From NCBI RefSeq assembly GCF_009914755.1, contig NC_060925.1: a stretch of DNA of 64,000 bases, one strand, 5' to 3'. How positions within the stretch are numbered: position 1 is the stretch's first letter; every line of letters starts with the position of its first letter. Made by a program: the position numbers and the translations under genes. Origin of the DNA: the human T2T-CHM13v2.0 reference genome, Homo sapiens. Shown piece by piece: positions 16,083-31,166 of the stretch. A model generated the notes under the pieces. It was not told the DNA's origin. It made no database searches and saw only the letters and a program-made list of their open reading frames with translations.

Positions 16083-16441
16083 ATCAGTTCTGATTCTAAT
16101 GTTATTTCCTCCAAGTCCTTATTCTTAGAACATATGTTAAGAGTTGAGTATTTTCACACCTGTGAAATCCAGTATATGAAACCACTGGTTTCAGGAAATA
16201 CCTTTCTATCTTTCTATTACTATGTCTTGAGTCAGAAGGAAAAAGACTGACGGATCATATGAGGAGATAGTTATTAATGAAATGACTAGGATAGCCATGC
16301 TAAGAACTTAATGAATTTAAATGCCCGTTTTTGTGGCAGGAAGCATAGAAAACATATATGAAATCTTTTGCTATCACTTTTACATTAGCTTTCTGATAAT
16401 ATTCATATACATACACACACGCATGCATGTACATATATGTG

Positions 16442-16937
16442 CAGTTCACCCTTGAGCAACATGGGTTTCAACTGCACAGGTCACTTACAAATGAATTTTT
16501 TCCAATAAAAGTTACACAGAATGTGCCTGCCTCTGCTGTCTCCCCTTCCTCCTCCTCCACTTCTTCATCTGCCACATCTGAGACAGCAAGACCAACCCCT
16601 CCTCTTCCTCCTCCTCCTCAGTCTACTCAGTGTGAAGATGATGAGGATGAAGACCTTCACAATGATCCACTTCTACTTACTGACTAGTAAATATATTTTC
16701 TCTTCCTTACGATTTTCTTAATGACATTTTCTTTTCTCTAGCTTACTTTACAGTAAACATACAGTGTATAATATATATAACATACACAATATGTGTTAAT
16801 TGACTCTTTATGCTATTGGAAGGCTTCCAGTCAGCAGTAGGCTATTGCGACTTAATTTTGGGGAAAGCCAAAAGTCGTATGCTAATTTTCAACTTTGGAA
16901 AGGGGGTAGGCACTCTGCATTGTTCAAGTGTCAACTC
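16442..16937. mobile_element. Tigger2a-like DNA transposon
   Basis: TIRs CAGTTCACCCTTGAGCAAC / TTGTTCAAGTGTCAACTC; internal GAGACAGCAAGACCAACCCCTCCTC...GAAGATGATGAGGATGAAGACCTT. Confidence 0.88.
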
Positions 16938-17161
16938 TATTTCTGGTAAGCTCAGAAAAAGATTCTTTTTCTATATGACTCTTCTGGTGTCCTTTTCTTG
17001 TTTTAATAGTTTGAGAAGCTAGCCAGTGTAAAATTTATCTCGAATAAGATTATTAAAAATGTGTTTACTAGGTCTTTGCTATAAGAGCCTTTTAACTTAG
17101 AGAATCTACACTGGGCAACCAAAGACCCTTGAAAACATCAGAGTCCAAGTTGAAAGGGCAA

Positions 17162-17535
17162 TGATACGGTTTGGCTGTGTCCCCACCCAAATCTCACCTT
17201 GAATTTTAGTTCCTATAATCCCCATGTGTGGTGGGAGGAACCCGGTGGGAGGTAATTGAATCATGGTGGCAGTTTCTTCCATGCTATTCTTGTGATAGTA
17301 AGTTCTCACAAGATCTGATGGTTTTATAAGGGGCTTCCCCCTTTGCTTGGCTCTCATTCTAATCTCTCCTGCTGCCATGTGAAGAAGGACATGTTTGCTT
17401 TCCCTTCTGACATGACTGTAAGTTTCCTGAAGCCTCCTCAGCCCTGTGGAACTGTGAGTCAATTAAACCTCTTTCCTTTATGAATTACCCACTCCAGGCT
17501 ATTTCTTTATAGCAGCATGAGAACGGACAAATACA
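17162..17535 (+). mobile_element. THE1 (C/D-like) solo LTR
   Basis: TGATACGGTTTGGCTGTGTCCCCACCCAAATCTC...AATACA. Confidence 0.93.
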
Positions 17536-18829
17536 GGCGGTACTCTTGACGTCTATACTGTGAGACTTGGCCCTACTGGGGAAATATTCTGAGGCACAGG
17601 ACTGAGGCTAAATGATAGGATCTCACTTTATGGAAAGGGTATCATTTCCTCCTTTTGTGTATATGTACGAAAGCCATCTTAAATCACCTCTGGAAAAAGT
17701 ATGTATAAATGAATAAGTAAATAATAAATACCCAGCAGTTACTCTTAATTCTATGGTGTCCATTTCTATACCAAAAAAAAAGTCCTTTTGTGGAATCTAC
17801 ATGTTGCCAATCATAACATTTATCTTAAGTCACTATGAACAAATTATTTAAGAAAAAATATGTGAACTTGAAGCAGATACTAATCATTTTAAGGGGGAAA
17901 ATTTGGAGTTGAGAGACAAAGCTCAATGGGGAAGAAGAACTACAGATGTCTGCAACACAGCCAAGGAGACAACAATGAAACACTATCAAAATCTTCCCAG
18001 GCCTTGGGGAAGGAGTTCAGTCATGGGGCATATTAGCAGATGTGGAATGGGGTGTTGGCCAATCTAGTTTAAAAAGTAAATATTCATTATCTGTGTGAAG
18101 CTAAGATTTCAAAACGCTGACTCAGAAGAGTGGTGAAGGAATAACACTTACTTGATTTAGAGATTCTCTTTTTTTAATTATACTGGGCTAAACTAATACA
18201 TTTAACCTCAACTGTTTTTATATTAAACATGCAGGTGGTTCTAACTGAAGTCAAAACAGAATAGAAATCAAGAATAAATACACACAGGCTTAAAAATGCA
18301 AAGTATGACTTTTTATGAAAAATAGTAAAATGTGTCTGCATTTGAATTAAGTCAAATAATGGAAGGTTGCACTTTCTGTTAACAACTTGACCTCAAAAAA
18401 AGGATAAAACAATTGACTGATACATTTTGTTACCGTGCTTTCTCTTTATAAAAACCCCATTAGTGAATGAATTAGCTATCCTTCTCTTGGTTAGAGTTTT
18501 GACTAGTTTATATGTTTACTGTTTGTGTAATTAACCTATTCATATTTAATAATTATTTTCACCACTGAGAATTTATTAGCATTTATATGACTATACCAAA
18601 TTAAATTTATTTTCATTTCCCTTTGTCCATAGTACTTCTCCACATAGACCCTTGATACAATTACACTTGATCTGATGGTAACACAATTGGCAGTAAAATT
18701 CCAGAAATACACAAAAGCACTTTATTAAATTATGTGAATAATTGAAGCCCATTTTCTTCTGGATCCAAAATTATAATTTATGAAATATCATCACCATATA
18801 TGATAATATATAAAATATATGTGTCTTCT

Positions 18830-19040
18830 TTACTCCTGGCATAACATTTGTAACACTATTTGTTTTTTGCCAATCTGGTTAGTATGAAGCGTCATCTCAT
18901 CATTGTCATTTTAAAATAGAACTTCCTAGACTCCTCATTAAGTTGCCTATAGATTCATATAGGAATTTCTAATTTTGTAACATTAGAGCTAACTTATTTT
19001 ATCCATTTTCAGGTTTGTATCTTTTTTATTTACAGATGAT
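18830..19040 (-). mobile_element. Old L1ME fragment
   Basis: TTTTTGCCAATCTGG...CATCTCATCATTG antisense L1 pattern. Confidence 0.5.
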
Positions 19041-19756
19041 CTTCACAAATACATCAATATGACAAATATTTATTCCCTACTGTGTGCCAGGCATTGTTTT
19101 AAGCCTACTAGATACATATCAGGAAATTGCACAGACAAAACATCAGTGCCCTAATAAACTTAATTCCCATGCTGTGGAGCAGGGAGAGATAATATATAAT
19201 AATCATAAATATTACATGGTGCCAAGTAGGAAAGCAGACAAGGAAAAGAGCATGAGGAAGCTGGGGGAGGTGATGTTGCTTGCAGTTTTTTTTAAGGCTA
19301 CTCAGGATCAGTCTCCCTGAGGTGTCGCTTCATGGAAGTCTTACGGGAGTGCTCTATGAGGCAGTCTTTGGGAACAGTTTATCAGATAGGGGAAATGCCC
19401 GGTGGAAATCTCAGAAATAACTGTATTCCTGGCATATTCAACATATGTGAGGAGGTCAGCATGGATGGAACCCAATGGGTAATGGGAAGAGATGTAGGTG
19501 ATGAGGTCCAAGAGGCAGCAGAGGGGCCAAATCCCACTAGACAGGTCAAGGCATTGCAGCGACTTTGCTTTTTTTTGTTACAGAATGGAGAGTCTTATGA
19601 GGTTTTGAGCAGAGGAATGTTGTAATCTGGCTTTTCTTTTTATATTCTGGTTGCTATGTTGAGAAAATTCTAGAGGGCCAGAGAGGAAACAAAAAGGCCA
19701 GTCAGGGGGTGACTATGACAATCCAAGGGAGAGATGTTGGTTTGTTTGAAGGAGGT

Positions 19757-20095
19757 TGTATTAGTCGGTTCTCACACTGCTAATAAAGACATACCTGAGA
19801 CTGAGTAATTTATAAAGGAAAGAGATATAATTGACTCACAGTTCCACATGGCTGCGGAGGCCTCACAATCATGGTGGAAGGTGAAGGGGAAGCAGGACAC
19901 GTCTTACATGGTAGCAAGCAACAGAGCTTGTGCAGGGGAACCATCAGATCTCGTGAGACTTATTCACTACCATGAGAACAGTATGGGGGAATTGCCCCGA
20001 TGTTTCAATTATCTCCACCTGGCCCCACCTTTGACATGTGGGGATTATTATAATTCAAGGTGAGATTTGGGTGGGGACACAGCGAAACCATATCA
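19757..20095 (-). mobile_element. THE1 (B/C-like) solo LTR
   Basis: TGTATTAGTC...AAACCATATCA; TSD GAGGT/GTGGT. Confidence 0.93.
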
Positions 20096-20163
20096 GTGGT
20101 AGTAGTGGCAGTCAGGAGAAATGCTAATAATTTATACGTATTTTGAAGGAAGAGATTTCCTGC

Positions 20164-20618
20164 TGTAGAACAATTCTCTGGGACTGACCCAATTTCCCCT
20201 TCTTTCTTGCTTTTCGATCTCAAGAATAACTGTAGAATATGCTGGGAATGCAACATCCTGAGATAGTGAGGGAATGGGCAGGATATCCCAGGCTCTGTTC
20301 CAGACCCCATCCTCCCCTTCCAAAACAAGAAATCTTTCAATGCTTTAGTCTGGTGCCCCGTGTGGCATCCAGGATGTAAAACCCAGTTGGGCTGCTTTCC
20401 GGGGTTCCTCAGCTGCAGTGTAAGTGGAAGGTTCCCCACTGAGACTCCATCTGCCCCAGGAGGCTTTCCTGAGTCTGGACAGACCTGCTTGCAATGCATG
20501 CAAGGCTTCTGCTGTCCCTTGCTGCCTATCTGTCAGTAATAAACTGGCTGCATGTGGGCGTTCAGTCTCGCCAGACTCAGAAAAGCAGGTAACCAATTCA
20601 CGATGACACTGCTTCACA
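20164..20618 (+). mobile_element. ERVL-class LTR (LTR47-like)
   Basis: TG...CA ends, AAGAATAACTGTAGAATATGCTGGGAATGCAACATCCTGAGATA motif, AATAAA near 20538. Confidence 0.7.
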
Positions 20619-22293
20619 AAATTGATACAGTGAGCATGGTCTAGCCTGACAAAACTATGACCTACTGGTGCAGTGAGAGGGGTGGGGTGGGGGCAAAACC
20701 TTCCTCCCAGGTAGCTGGCCAAGGGTGAAAATGTCAGCCTGGGGATATTTTATGAGGAAGAAGAAATTACACGTAGGACATTGTAAATTTCCCCTTATGT
20801 CCTGTGTGTCCTGCAGAGAGAAAAGAATGTGGAAATAGGGGGGTGCAGTACACAGTTCCCTGGTTGTTGGGCACCTATGTGATTGCTCGTTCCTGAGGCT
20901 GGAAACCTCAAAAGGAGGTGCCCAGACGTGTGCTTCAGGCCTCCTTAGAAAGGGAGATGCACTATCGACAGGATGGATATGGAGAAAGGCTACACAAGTC
21001 CTATGTGGTTTGGTTTGTGTGCTTGATGAAGAGACGTTGCAACTCTAAATGTCTCAGGTGGAAAGGTAGGGGTAGGAATGGGGCCCCATCCTCTGAGTCT
21101 TCACTGGGGACTGATGGTTAAAATAAAAGGGTAAAAGAAAGGAAGTCAGATTTTCTGGAGTTAGATACTGGAGCCCACAGGACACTATTTCCAGGTCCCC
21201 TTAGGAGAAAGATTAAGCTGATGACATTGGCAGATTCGGGGACAAACATGGTGCCCATGGTGCTTATATGCTTTTGGGTGAACCCTGTTGGCCATTTCAA
21301 GTGCTGGGGACCATGGTTTGCACCACAGAGTGCAATATAGGCATTGGCATGTTGGCTGCTGTGGCGCAGAACACCACTGCCACCTGAGGGAGATGCCTCC
21401 TCACAGCTAAGAATTGGATCCATAATACTGATGCAAACCCACTCTTACCTGTCCCCCAAGCTATGCAAGCTCCAATGGGTTATTCAACAAAATCCATACT
21501 GTACACTAAGTGAAAAAGTGCATTATTCAGTCAATTCAGGACTTGCTACAAGCAGAAATATTATAAGCAACCCTGACACAATGGAACAACTGAGTTTGGC
21601 TAGTAAAACAGGCCTTTGGGGTCTAGAGACTGACAATGGACTAATGCAGGCTGAATGCAGAGGCCACTTAGTAGGGAAGCAAATGGAATATGCCACATAA
21701 AACCAAGCAGATGTTGTTGGCCTTGATAGCACTCACTAACCAAGGTTATCCAACAACTGATATGTTTCTTTGGATACTAGAGAAAACATGGACCCACCTT
21801 GCTGCTCTGTTGACCTCCTTAGTCAAGGTGATCAACAAAGCCGTCCACAGTGAATGGGGCCCTTTGCAGCAGCAGGCCTTGGAAGCCATTCAATAAGCTG
21901 TGGCCCAGGCACTGCATCTGAAACCTTCACAGCCAGCGAGACTGATGGAATTACAGGCGTCTGAAACCTCCATGCATGCTAATTCCAAGTCCAAAACCCA
22001 GAGGCTCCCAGCTGGAACTCTAAGAGAACAGTAAGCTCCATGAACCAATGACAAACTTACTAGAAGGGACCAAGCAACTCACAGGGAATTATTTGGTTAA
22101 TTGGGGGCCAAGACTGAGAAATGTGCCTTCCAATGATACGGCGTGGCTTTCTGACAGCTCTGCAAAACAACAAGCAGAGGGGTCCACTGGGTCGTGGCCA
22201 CCATCTGGCCACAGGATGGTCATCTTTTGATTGAGACTGAACATGGAAGTTCCATCCAATGGACCAAACTCTGTGCAGTGGTGATGCCATGCC
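20619..22293 (+). mobile_element. Deleted ERVL internal region (defective gag/pro/pol)
   Basis: Protease LDTGA..TLFPG at 21161 and ECNIGIGML; pol EWGPLQQQALEAIQ*AVAQAL (cf. ERVL WGPEQEKALQQVQAAVQAAL); RNase H-like AWLSDSSA (cf. AWFTDGSA). Confidence 0.85.
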
Positions 22294-22596
22294 CCTGGAA
22301 TTGGATGTGGTGTGTGAGAGAGGAGTCAAAGGTGGCTACAAAGTCTTGGTCTGAGAAACTGAACTGACAGGGTAAATTTGCAACCATTGAGGATGGCAAA
22401 CTTGGGTGGACCAGATTTTGGAGAGGGTGGGTAGAGATTAAGAGTTTGTTTGTAGACATATTAATGACCATTCACCATGAATGAAGATGTCACTAAGCCG
22501 TTTGCAGTTCAGGGGAGACTTCAGGACTGGAAATATGTATTTTAGAGTTGTCTGCATAGAAATGTTACTTCAAGTCATTGACACTGGGTGAAATAA

Positions 22597-24130
<1,534 letters not shown>

Positions 24131-26299
24131 AATTTTGTAGGAAACCTCAATTTTGACATGGCTTTATTCCTTTGTAAGGCTGAAATCTGAAAAGAGAACC
24201 CCTTCAGTTTACTTTTCTTCCTATTTGGTGACATTAATGATGGCTCTCATGATGCTGTAGACTTATCAGTAATAATTCTGGTGATTAGGGCCAAGGTGAG
24301 AGCTGTGTAGAGCCATTCAAGAATTGTTCATCCCTTTTCTTAAACTATTTTTGACATAGAGCTGTTTTCACTTCCTTATTTTTACTGCTGCTAGTAATTT
24401 AAGCAAATAAATAGGAAGATAGAGAGAGAGAGAGGAAATGTCTGTTTACTAGCTAGTAGAGTAGCGCTGTTCTGTGGTATTTCTACACACATACATCTTT
24501 CTCCAACAGTCACCTTCTTCTTTTAGAAGTTAAAATAACACTAAAAGCGATAAATTTACTGAAATTTAAAAGTACAGGTTTTTGCAACCATTTATTACGC
24601 ACAAAAAAGGATTTTCAATTGCCTGAGTTTTGCAGTCAGGGAAAATAGAAAATGCTCGAATCTTTGAAAATTGCGAATGCCTCCAAAAGTCTTCTCTTTC
24701 ATGCTCTGACTTTGTGGACTTCCTAGCATGTTATCTGTTACCTGCAGGGATTTCATGTGTTATATCGTGACAAGAGGATACTACCTATTTCCCCCTCCTG
24801 ACTCCTCTTTGATTCCTACAATCTTTACATATTAATTCCTCACATTCTACCCATTTAAGTCAAAAACCTAAGAGAAATTGTTCAGATGTCAGCTAGCAGT
24901 CAAGACACCAAAAGAAATTGTTACCCGAAACACAATGCATGGCCCAGACTCTGGTTTGACCGTGGGAGATTCTTGAGGACTCCCCTGATAGCCAGAGCAA
25001 CTCCTATTTGTTTGGTACCCAACTTTGTAAGCTCTATAACTTGAATTGCAGCTTTATTTGCTATTTGTTCTTAGCCCCCTTCTGCGCCATAGAACTCAAA
25101 ATAGTCCTGTTCGGAATCATTTAGTGAGTATTTAAAAGTAACTGCAAATGAGTCACAATTTCCCTTCTGCAATTGTTCAATTGTCACACTTTTATTACAA
25201 TACCATTAGCTCTACATAGGGGAATGCTGCTTTTTCTTGATGTTATTTGCTATTATTCACACATATATGAAGAGCAACACTCGGTGCAGGGCGGCCACAC
25301 AGAGTTCTGTTTCTCCAGGGTGCCCTGGAGAAATTGATAAAGTAACATTACTTCTCACTTTAACCTTGAGAAGGAGGAAGGAGTTTCTTGGTTGGTAACC
25401 CAGAGTTAAGTCCTCCCACTGAATTCTGTGATATTCATTCCTGTGAATGAGATTGAATGTCATATGTCAGGAATTTATTGCTTAAGCACATCACATCCAC
25501 ATTCACAGATACTCCATCCTTATCATTTACAAAGCAAAATGATTAATAACTGATCCAAGAGAGTGAATTGAGTAGGCCCCCCATGATACAAAAAGCCTAG
25601 CATTTGATTTTACAAAAGACAAGCCACATGGGCTTTAGAATTCATAGAGAAATATGTCATGCCTATAAATAACTTCATCTCAAAATACTATATTCAGAAT
25701 TTTTACAGATATGTTGCTTCTGTGTCTAATTTTGCATAACAACTCACCTGATTCTTATAATATCATTATCCTACCTTCAAACCCTGGTTTAGTAATCAGA
25801 ACATTTGAGCCTTTAGTATTTTTCTGGAATCAATACAGCTTTTTGCTACAATGCAATAGTTTCTTGTGGATTTTTCCTGAAAACATTGTGCTCCTGTGGG
25901 TTGAAACACCTTCTACCTTTGTCTTTTAGCTCACCACCTCCACTTACCACTTCTGCTTCTCAGCTTCACAGTGAGCGTTCACAGAGTTGCAGTTTAGCAA
26001 ATTGATGTTCACAAAAATGAAATCACTAAATTAAAAAATGCTTTTCAAGAAAGAATCTAAGATTGTGGTGGGATGACAGCAGGCAAAATGGTTCAACAAG
26101 CACTGCTATAATCTTTCTTTCACTTTGTATTTTGCTTTCAATAATGGCTCATTGAATCTTGCCACTCCTTTCTGCCCACACTTAGTCTTTAAACCTCCAA
26201 TTACCCATTTAGTAAATTACTAGAAATTAATATTAAGACATGCTTATTCATTTTCTACATTCCCTTCTTTTCTTCCTCCTCTTTGAAATTTGATTCTTA

Positions 26300-26985
26300 A
26301 TTGGCACAATTCTTTTTGAGGACATATTGGCAATATATAGCAGATTCTCAAAAGAGAATACATGTAATACCCTAACAATCTGAGTTCCTAAAATGTATCC
26401 AAAGAAAATAAGCAAATTGAAGCATGCTTATTAACATGTTGTTTATATTAGTGCCTTCTACCTCCCTATGCCTCATCATGAAAGTCACAATCCAAATGTT
26501 GATGAATATAAAATTAAATTTTCAGTTTAAAAGTTATGGAACATACAAACAATGTATTGCTAATGATTACTTTAAAATTAACAATATGGATACACACACA
26601 AATACGCATATATACTTATATACATATATGTGTATATACATATATAATGTTGTTTAGGTGGTAGGATTATTAGAAAAATAGATTACAAAACTTTATATTA
26701 TACAATTATTAAAATATGTAATATTCAGGATCTGTATCAGATCCTGAAGCAGAAAAAGACATCAGTGGGAAAAAAAAGGTGAAATATAAATAAAGTCTGT
26801 AGTTTAGTATAGTAATATTCTAAAACTAATTTCTTAGTCTCAAAAATGTACCATGAATACATAAAGAATTAACATTAAGGAAAACTGGATGAAAGGTCAG
26901 AACTTGGTGAGAATTGTCTGTACTATGTTTGCAATTTTTCTGTCAATCTAAGATTATTCCAAAATAAAAAGTTTATTTAAAAATT
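26300..26985 (+). mobile_element. L1ME/L1MC 3' fragments
   Basis: GATCCTGAAGCAGAAAAAGACATCAGTGG...TTAACATTAAGG...CCAAAATAAAAAGTTT L1MC-type 3' end. Confidence 0.75.
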
Positions 26986-29134
26986 AAGTGGTTCAAAAAC
27001 ACATGCATATATATTACATGATGTAGAGAAAAAATTATTGTTGAGTTAATGATCTATGTCTTGGATTTTTCTTGTTGTAAGGCATAATAATAGGAACAAA
27101 TTTAAAATATATGTAAGTTTTATTACCACAATAATAAGAATCAGCAATAGACATCAGCACAGTGTAGAGCAATACATCTATCTGATCATCTTCTATAGCA
27201 GACAGAAACATAAAACATGAAGGGTTTCTCACATTATTTCTAAGACTGTCTAAGGTTGTATGAAACCATGTGGCCTAACATTTATCCATTGATGTATAAT
27301 GGTATCCATATTTATCTATCTAGTTTACAGAGGTCTACAGCATTTCTGATTCTCAGGATTACATGTTGGAAGTCACATATCAGACAGTAAAAAACACTTT
27401 CTCAATATTTCAGAAATGAGAATGATTAATTTCTGTGTTTATCATTTACCGCATCATTAACATATTTTTAAAAGTTTTTTTCCTCTCTCTAGGAAAATGC
27501 AAGCTACCCACTATCAAAATTAAAACATTTATGAACTGAAAATTTTCTTAACATCTTTACTTGTAACTTTTAAGTAGTTAGAATATATTTCATTGTAAAT
27601 TGAAATGTGCACAAGAGGATTCTCATATTACATGGAAAACTATTGTGGTAACAATGCTATGTAGCAGGGGTTAGTGTATTATATATTGTAGGTCCTTGAA
27701 AATCTCTTTTTAAATTACTTATATCAATAATTAATTAAGCAGTTAAAAAATAAGCCATTAAAATTAAGTTTTTTATATTTTTATTTTTTCTGTCACTTGG
27801 CACTTGATGTAATCATCCTTAATAAACAAGGTTGAATTCAAATAATTTTTAAGGCATCACTACACATGATATAAACCTCACAGAGAGTGGAACAATTGTT
27901 TTGAGAATAAGCATGTCTTTCATATTGAAATGTGTGAAATTTGATTTATTTTTCAAAACCAAAAGTTAAGCAAGATACTGGATGTTTTCTATATTAAAAT
28001 CTCTATTTCATGTTCTGCCCAAACATAACAACAGTGGAAAGAACAATGATCCTCTTGGAATTATTTCCTCTGCTAATCAAACAATTATGTAAAAATCTAA
28101 GATGGTAAGCTTAATCTGATTATGCTCTTGGATGTCATCTAGAAATTTTAAATGCATGAATATTGTATTAAAAAGTGGTTTTATATAATTATTAACATTT
28201 ATTAGGGAGAAAAATTCGTAACAAGATACGAACACAAAAGCTTTGTATGCTTCTGAAAGGTAATGCCTTTGTTTATTTATTACTGCATTAATATGAATAA
28301 GATTGATATATTTCACCCTTACAGATAAAGGGTAGAGACTGACTTCAGAAGGACTGACAACAGCTAACTTACCAACAGCCCTTTACAGAGATTAACAGCA
28401 ATTCCAAAATATTTGAAAATATTTGCTAATGATCCAGATTATGTAGTAAAAATATATGGAGATTTATTTTAAGTACGTTAAGTTTTAAACAAACAATAAA
28501 AGGGAGAGAAAAGAGCTTCAGGCATCTGCTGGATAATAGCGAAATGTTTAACATTGCTATTATTGAAGTCCCAAAAGTAAGGGAGATAGAGAGTAATTAA
28601 AGAAATAATGGCTGAAAGTTTTCCAACTTTGTGACAGACTTAAATTCATAGATCCAAAAAGCTAGGTGTTCCCAAATAGGTTAAACCCAAAGAGATGCTT
28701 ACCAAGACATATCTTAATTAAACTTATGAAAACTGAAGATTAAAGAAAATCATGAAAGTGGCTGAAAGATAAGACAAATTACATACAGAGAACACCAATT
28801 TGAATTAGTGAAATTTTCATATCTGAAACCATTATGGTAACAAGGAAATGGTTCAGGATTTTTTAAGTGCTGAGAGAAGATAACTCTCAACTGGAAATTT
28901 TACATTCAGTAAAATTACTCTTCAGGAATAAAGGGAAAATAAAATCTTCTCCTCATACTCCCTTTGCAATTTTTCTGTCAACCTAAGATTATTCCAAAAT
29001 AAAAAGTTTATTTAAAAATTAAATGATTCAAATACATGTATTTAAACACATGCATGTAGATTAAAGGAAAACTCTCTCTATATATATTATATATATCGCT
29101 AGCAGAACTACCCTTGAAGATTGGCTAGGGAGAA

Positions 29135-29547
29135 TGTTACCAAAACACCAGGGCTTCGGTCCAGGTTGTGTGACTTGCTTCGTAGAAAGCCAATCACTGA
29201 GACGACAAGTATTGCCAAGGAAGAAGGCTTTAATTGGCCGCTGCAGCTGAGGAGATGGGAACTCAATCTCAAATCTATCTCCATGACCAACTAAAACTAG
29301 GGGATTATATAGCAGGGAAGAAATGTAACAGTGTGCAAGAAAACACGAAGTAGGGAAGGGCAAGGAGGCATCCGGTGCCATGATCTGGTAAGTTTCAGTT
29401 CCTTGATACTTTTTTTGAGTGACCTGAAGATCCTTTTGTGAGGAAGGAACTCAGATAAAACAAATTGAAGTTTCAAGCTTCAACAGAAGCATCTATCTCT
29501 ATGTTTATTCAAAAACAACTGTCTGTGGTACTATTGGGCCCTTTTCA
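29135..29547 (-). mobile_element. ERV1 (MER4-group, MER39/LTR29-like) solo LTR
   Basis: TGTTACCAAAACACCAGGG...AGAAAGCCAATCACTGAGAC...CTATTGGGCCCTTTTCA. Confidence 0.75.
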
Positions 29548-30301
29548 AGTGTTCTTCAAACAGAAAGTAAATGATAAAAGGAATATTGGAGTACCAGAAA
29601 AGAAGAAACAAAATAAGGATAAGAAATAAGTGTAATACATGACACAACATATCACTCTTTATCTAGCCAGTTTTATAAATTATATTTGATGATTGAAACA
29701 AAAGTTATAATACTATTTGATACTCAAGATAATGATTTTAAATAGAGGAAAAGAAAAATGCACCTAAATAGAAATGGTATTTTCATACCACCCTCATGTA
29801 GTAAAATGTTTTTAACATAAGACTGTGATAAGTCACATAAGCATATTATAATACCAAGATAAACCAAAGAGATATAATCAAAACATTAATAATAAATCAG
29901 GATTGAATCCTGAAAAATGTTTAAATAACCCATTAGGAAGGCAAGAAAAGGGAAACACATAGGAACAATGATTAGAAAAAGCAAATATATAAACAAAAGA
30001 GTGATTTAGTTTGAAAAAATATGTAAAAGCTTTCCAAAAAATCAAATACACACACAAAAAATAAATTGACAGATGTGTGTGTTAACATAAATATTTTTTA
30101 AAAATGTAAATGTACTTAATACATCAACCAAAAACAGAAATTTGACAGTTTGTAAATAAGACAATGACCTGGCTATAAGCTATTTGCAAAAGTCTCACAT
30201 TAAATTCAACTATGTAGGTAAGTGGAAAGTAAAAGGATGGGAAAGGTAAACCATGTAAATATTAATTTAAACAGAGTAGATGTGCTACATCTGATAAATT
30301 A

Positions 30302-30671
<370 letters not shown>

Positions 30672-30851
30672 TTACATAACTATAAGGATCAATACACCAG
30701 AGAAACATAAGATCCTAAATGTGTATGCAGCAAACAACAGACCATCTAAATTAATCGCGTTAATTTAGGTAGATCTTAATGGAGAAATAAACTAATCCAC
30801 AAATATACTTAGAAACTTGAACACCTCCCTCTCAGAAACTAACAGAATTCC

Positions 30852-31166
<315 letters not shown>

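Noticed and set aside
16427-16687. ORF with Ser/Pro/acidic runs
   Set aside because: Lies wholly within the Tigger2a element
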